From the NCBI GenBank assembly GCA_014361015.1, contig JACIWJ010000001.1:7765-71764 (forward strand): 64,000 nt of DNA. Reading direction: 5' to 3'. Shown here piece by piece: positions 63,878 through 64,000 of the stretch (within the stretch, counting starts at the first letter, position 1; each line of letters opens with the position of its first letter). This DNA comes from Candidatus Bipolaricaulota bacterium (GTDB lineage Bacteria; Bipolaricaulota; Bipolaricaulia; Bipolaricaulales; Bipolaricaulaceae). The notes under the pieces are model-generated. The model was not told the origin of the DNA. It ran no database searches and saw only the letters and a list, made by a program, of their open reading frames with translations. The translations under genes and the position numbers were made by a program.

Positions 63878-64000
63878 TTTACGCTCGCTGCTCGACAGGC
63901 GCGCCTCGCCCCACGGGTACCGCCGGACCTCGTCCAGAGTGGTCGTGCTCTGCGAGACCGTGACCCCCGTCTTCCATCCGCTGCCGAAGTGGACCGTTCC

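Overview
High-GC bacterial chromosomal segment. Hand counts give 45/60 G+C at 20281-20340, against 23/60 at 61741-61800. Most of the window (1-52.8 kb) is tightly packed housekeeping: pheT, tsaE, ffh-rpsP-KH-trmD, ruvX, ruvA, hypF, alr, glmS, pepF, hisS, ribH-ribBA-ribE, yidC-jag, secF, rpsT, nrdD-nrdG and trpS. Many gene pairs share ATGA/TGATG/GTGA overlaps and GTG starts are frequent. Exported proteins with Sec or lipoprotein signals, a long-periplasmic-domain YidC and an OMP-like C-terminal Phe suggest a diderm organism. I found no rRNA, tRNA or CRISPR array.

Four regions stand out:
- 28.1-40.5 kb is a compatible-solute/sugar locus. A Rhodothermus-type mannosylglycerate synthase (GT78) is the last, translationally coupled gene of a sugar ABC importer operon. 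Next to it are a GntR-HTH/solute-binding-domain fusion regulator, a perfect 20-bp palindromic operator candidate, a GT4 glycosyltransferase, an NDP-sugar pyrophosphorylase and a MOFRL glycerate kinase interrupted by one in-frame TAG.
- 47.5-51.8 kb holds nrdD, which carries a 415-aa LAGLIDADG intein with an apparent Thr at position 1. Its glycyl-radical C-terminal domain lies in a separate +1-frame ORF with its own Shine-Dalgarno sequence and GTG start.
- rpsT can only initiate at an AUU codon.
- 52.8-64 kb is an AT-richer, IS-peppered island. It has an IS481-like element abutting trpS and an IS256 element. The IS256 is inserted between a 37-aa Cys-rich peptide gene and an RRE-plus-SPASM protein that has no radical-SAM core. 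Downstream are two ABC export systems, an AT-rich small membrane protein and a secreted protein of about 18 leucine-rich repeats.

All family assignments come from motif and sequence recognition by eye and need database confirmation.
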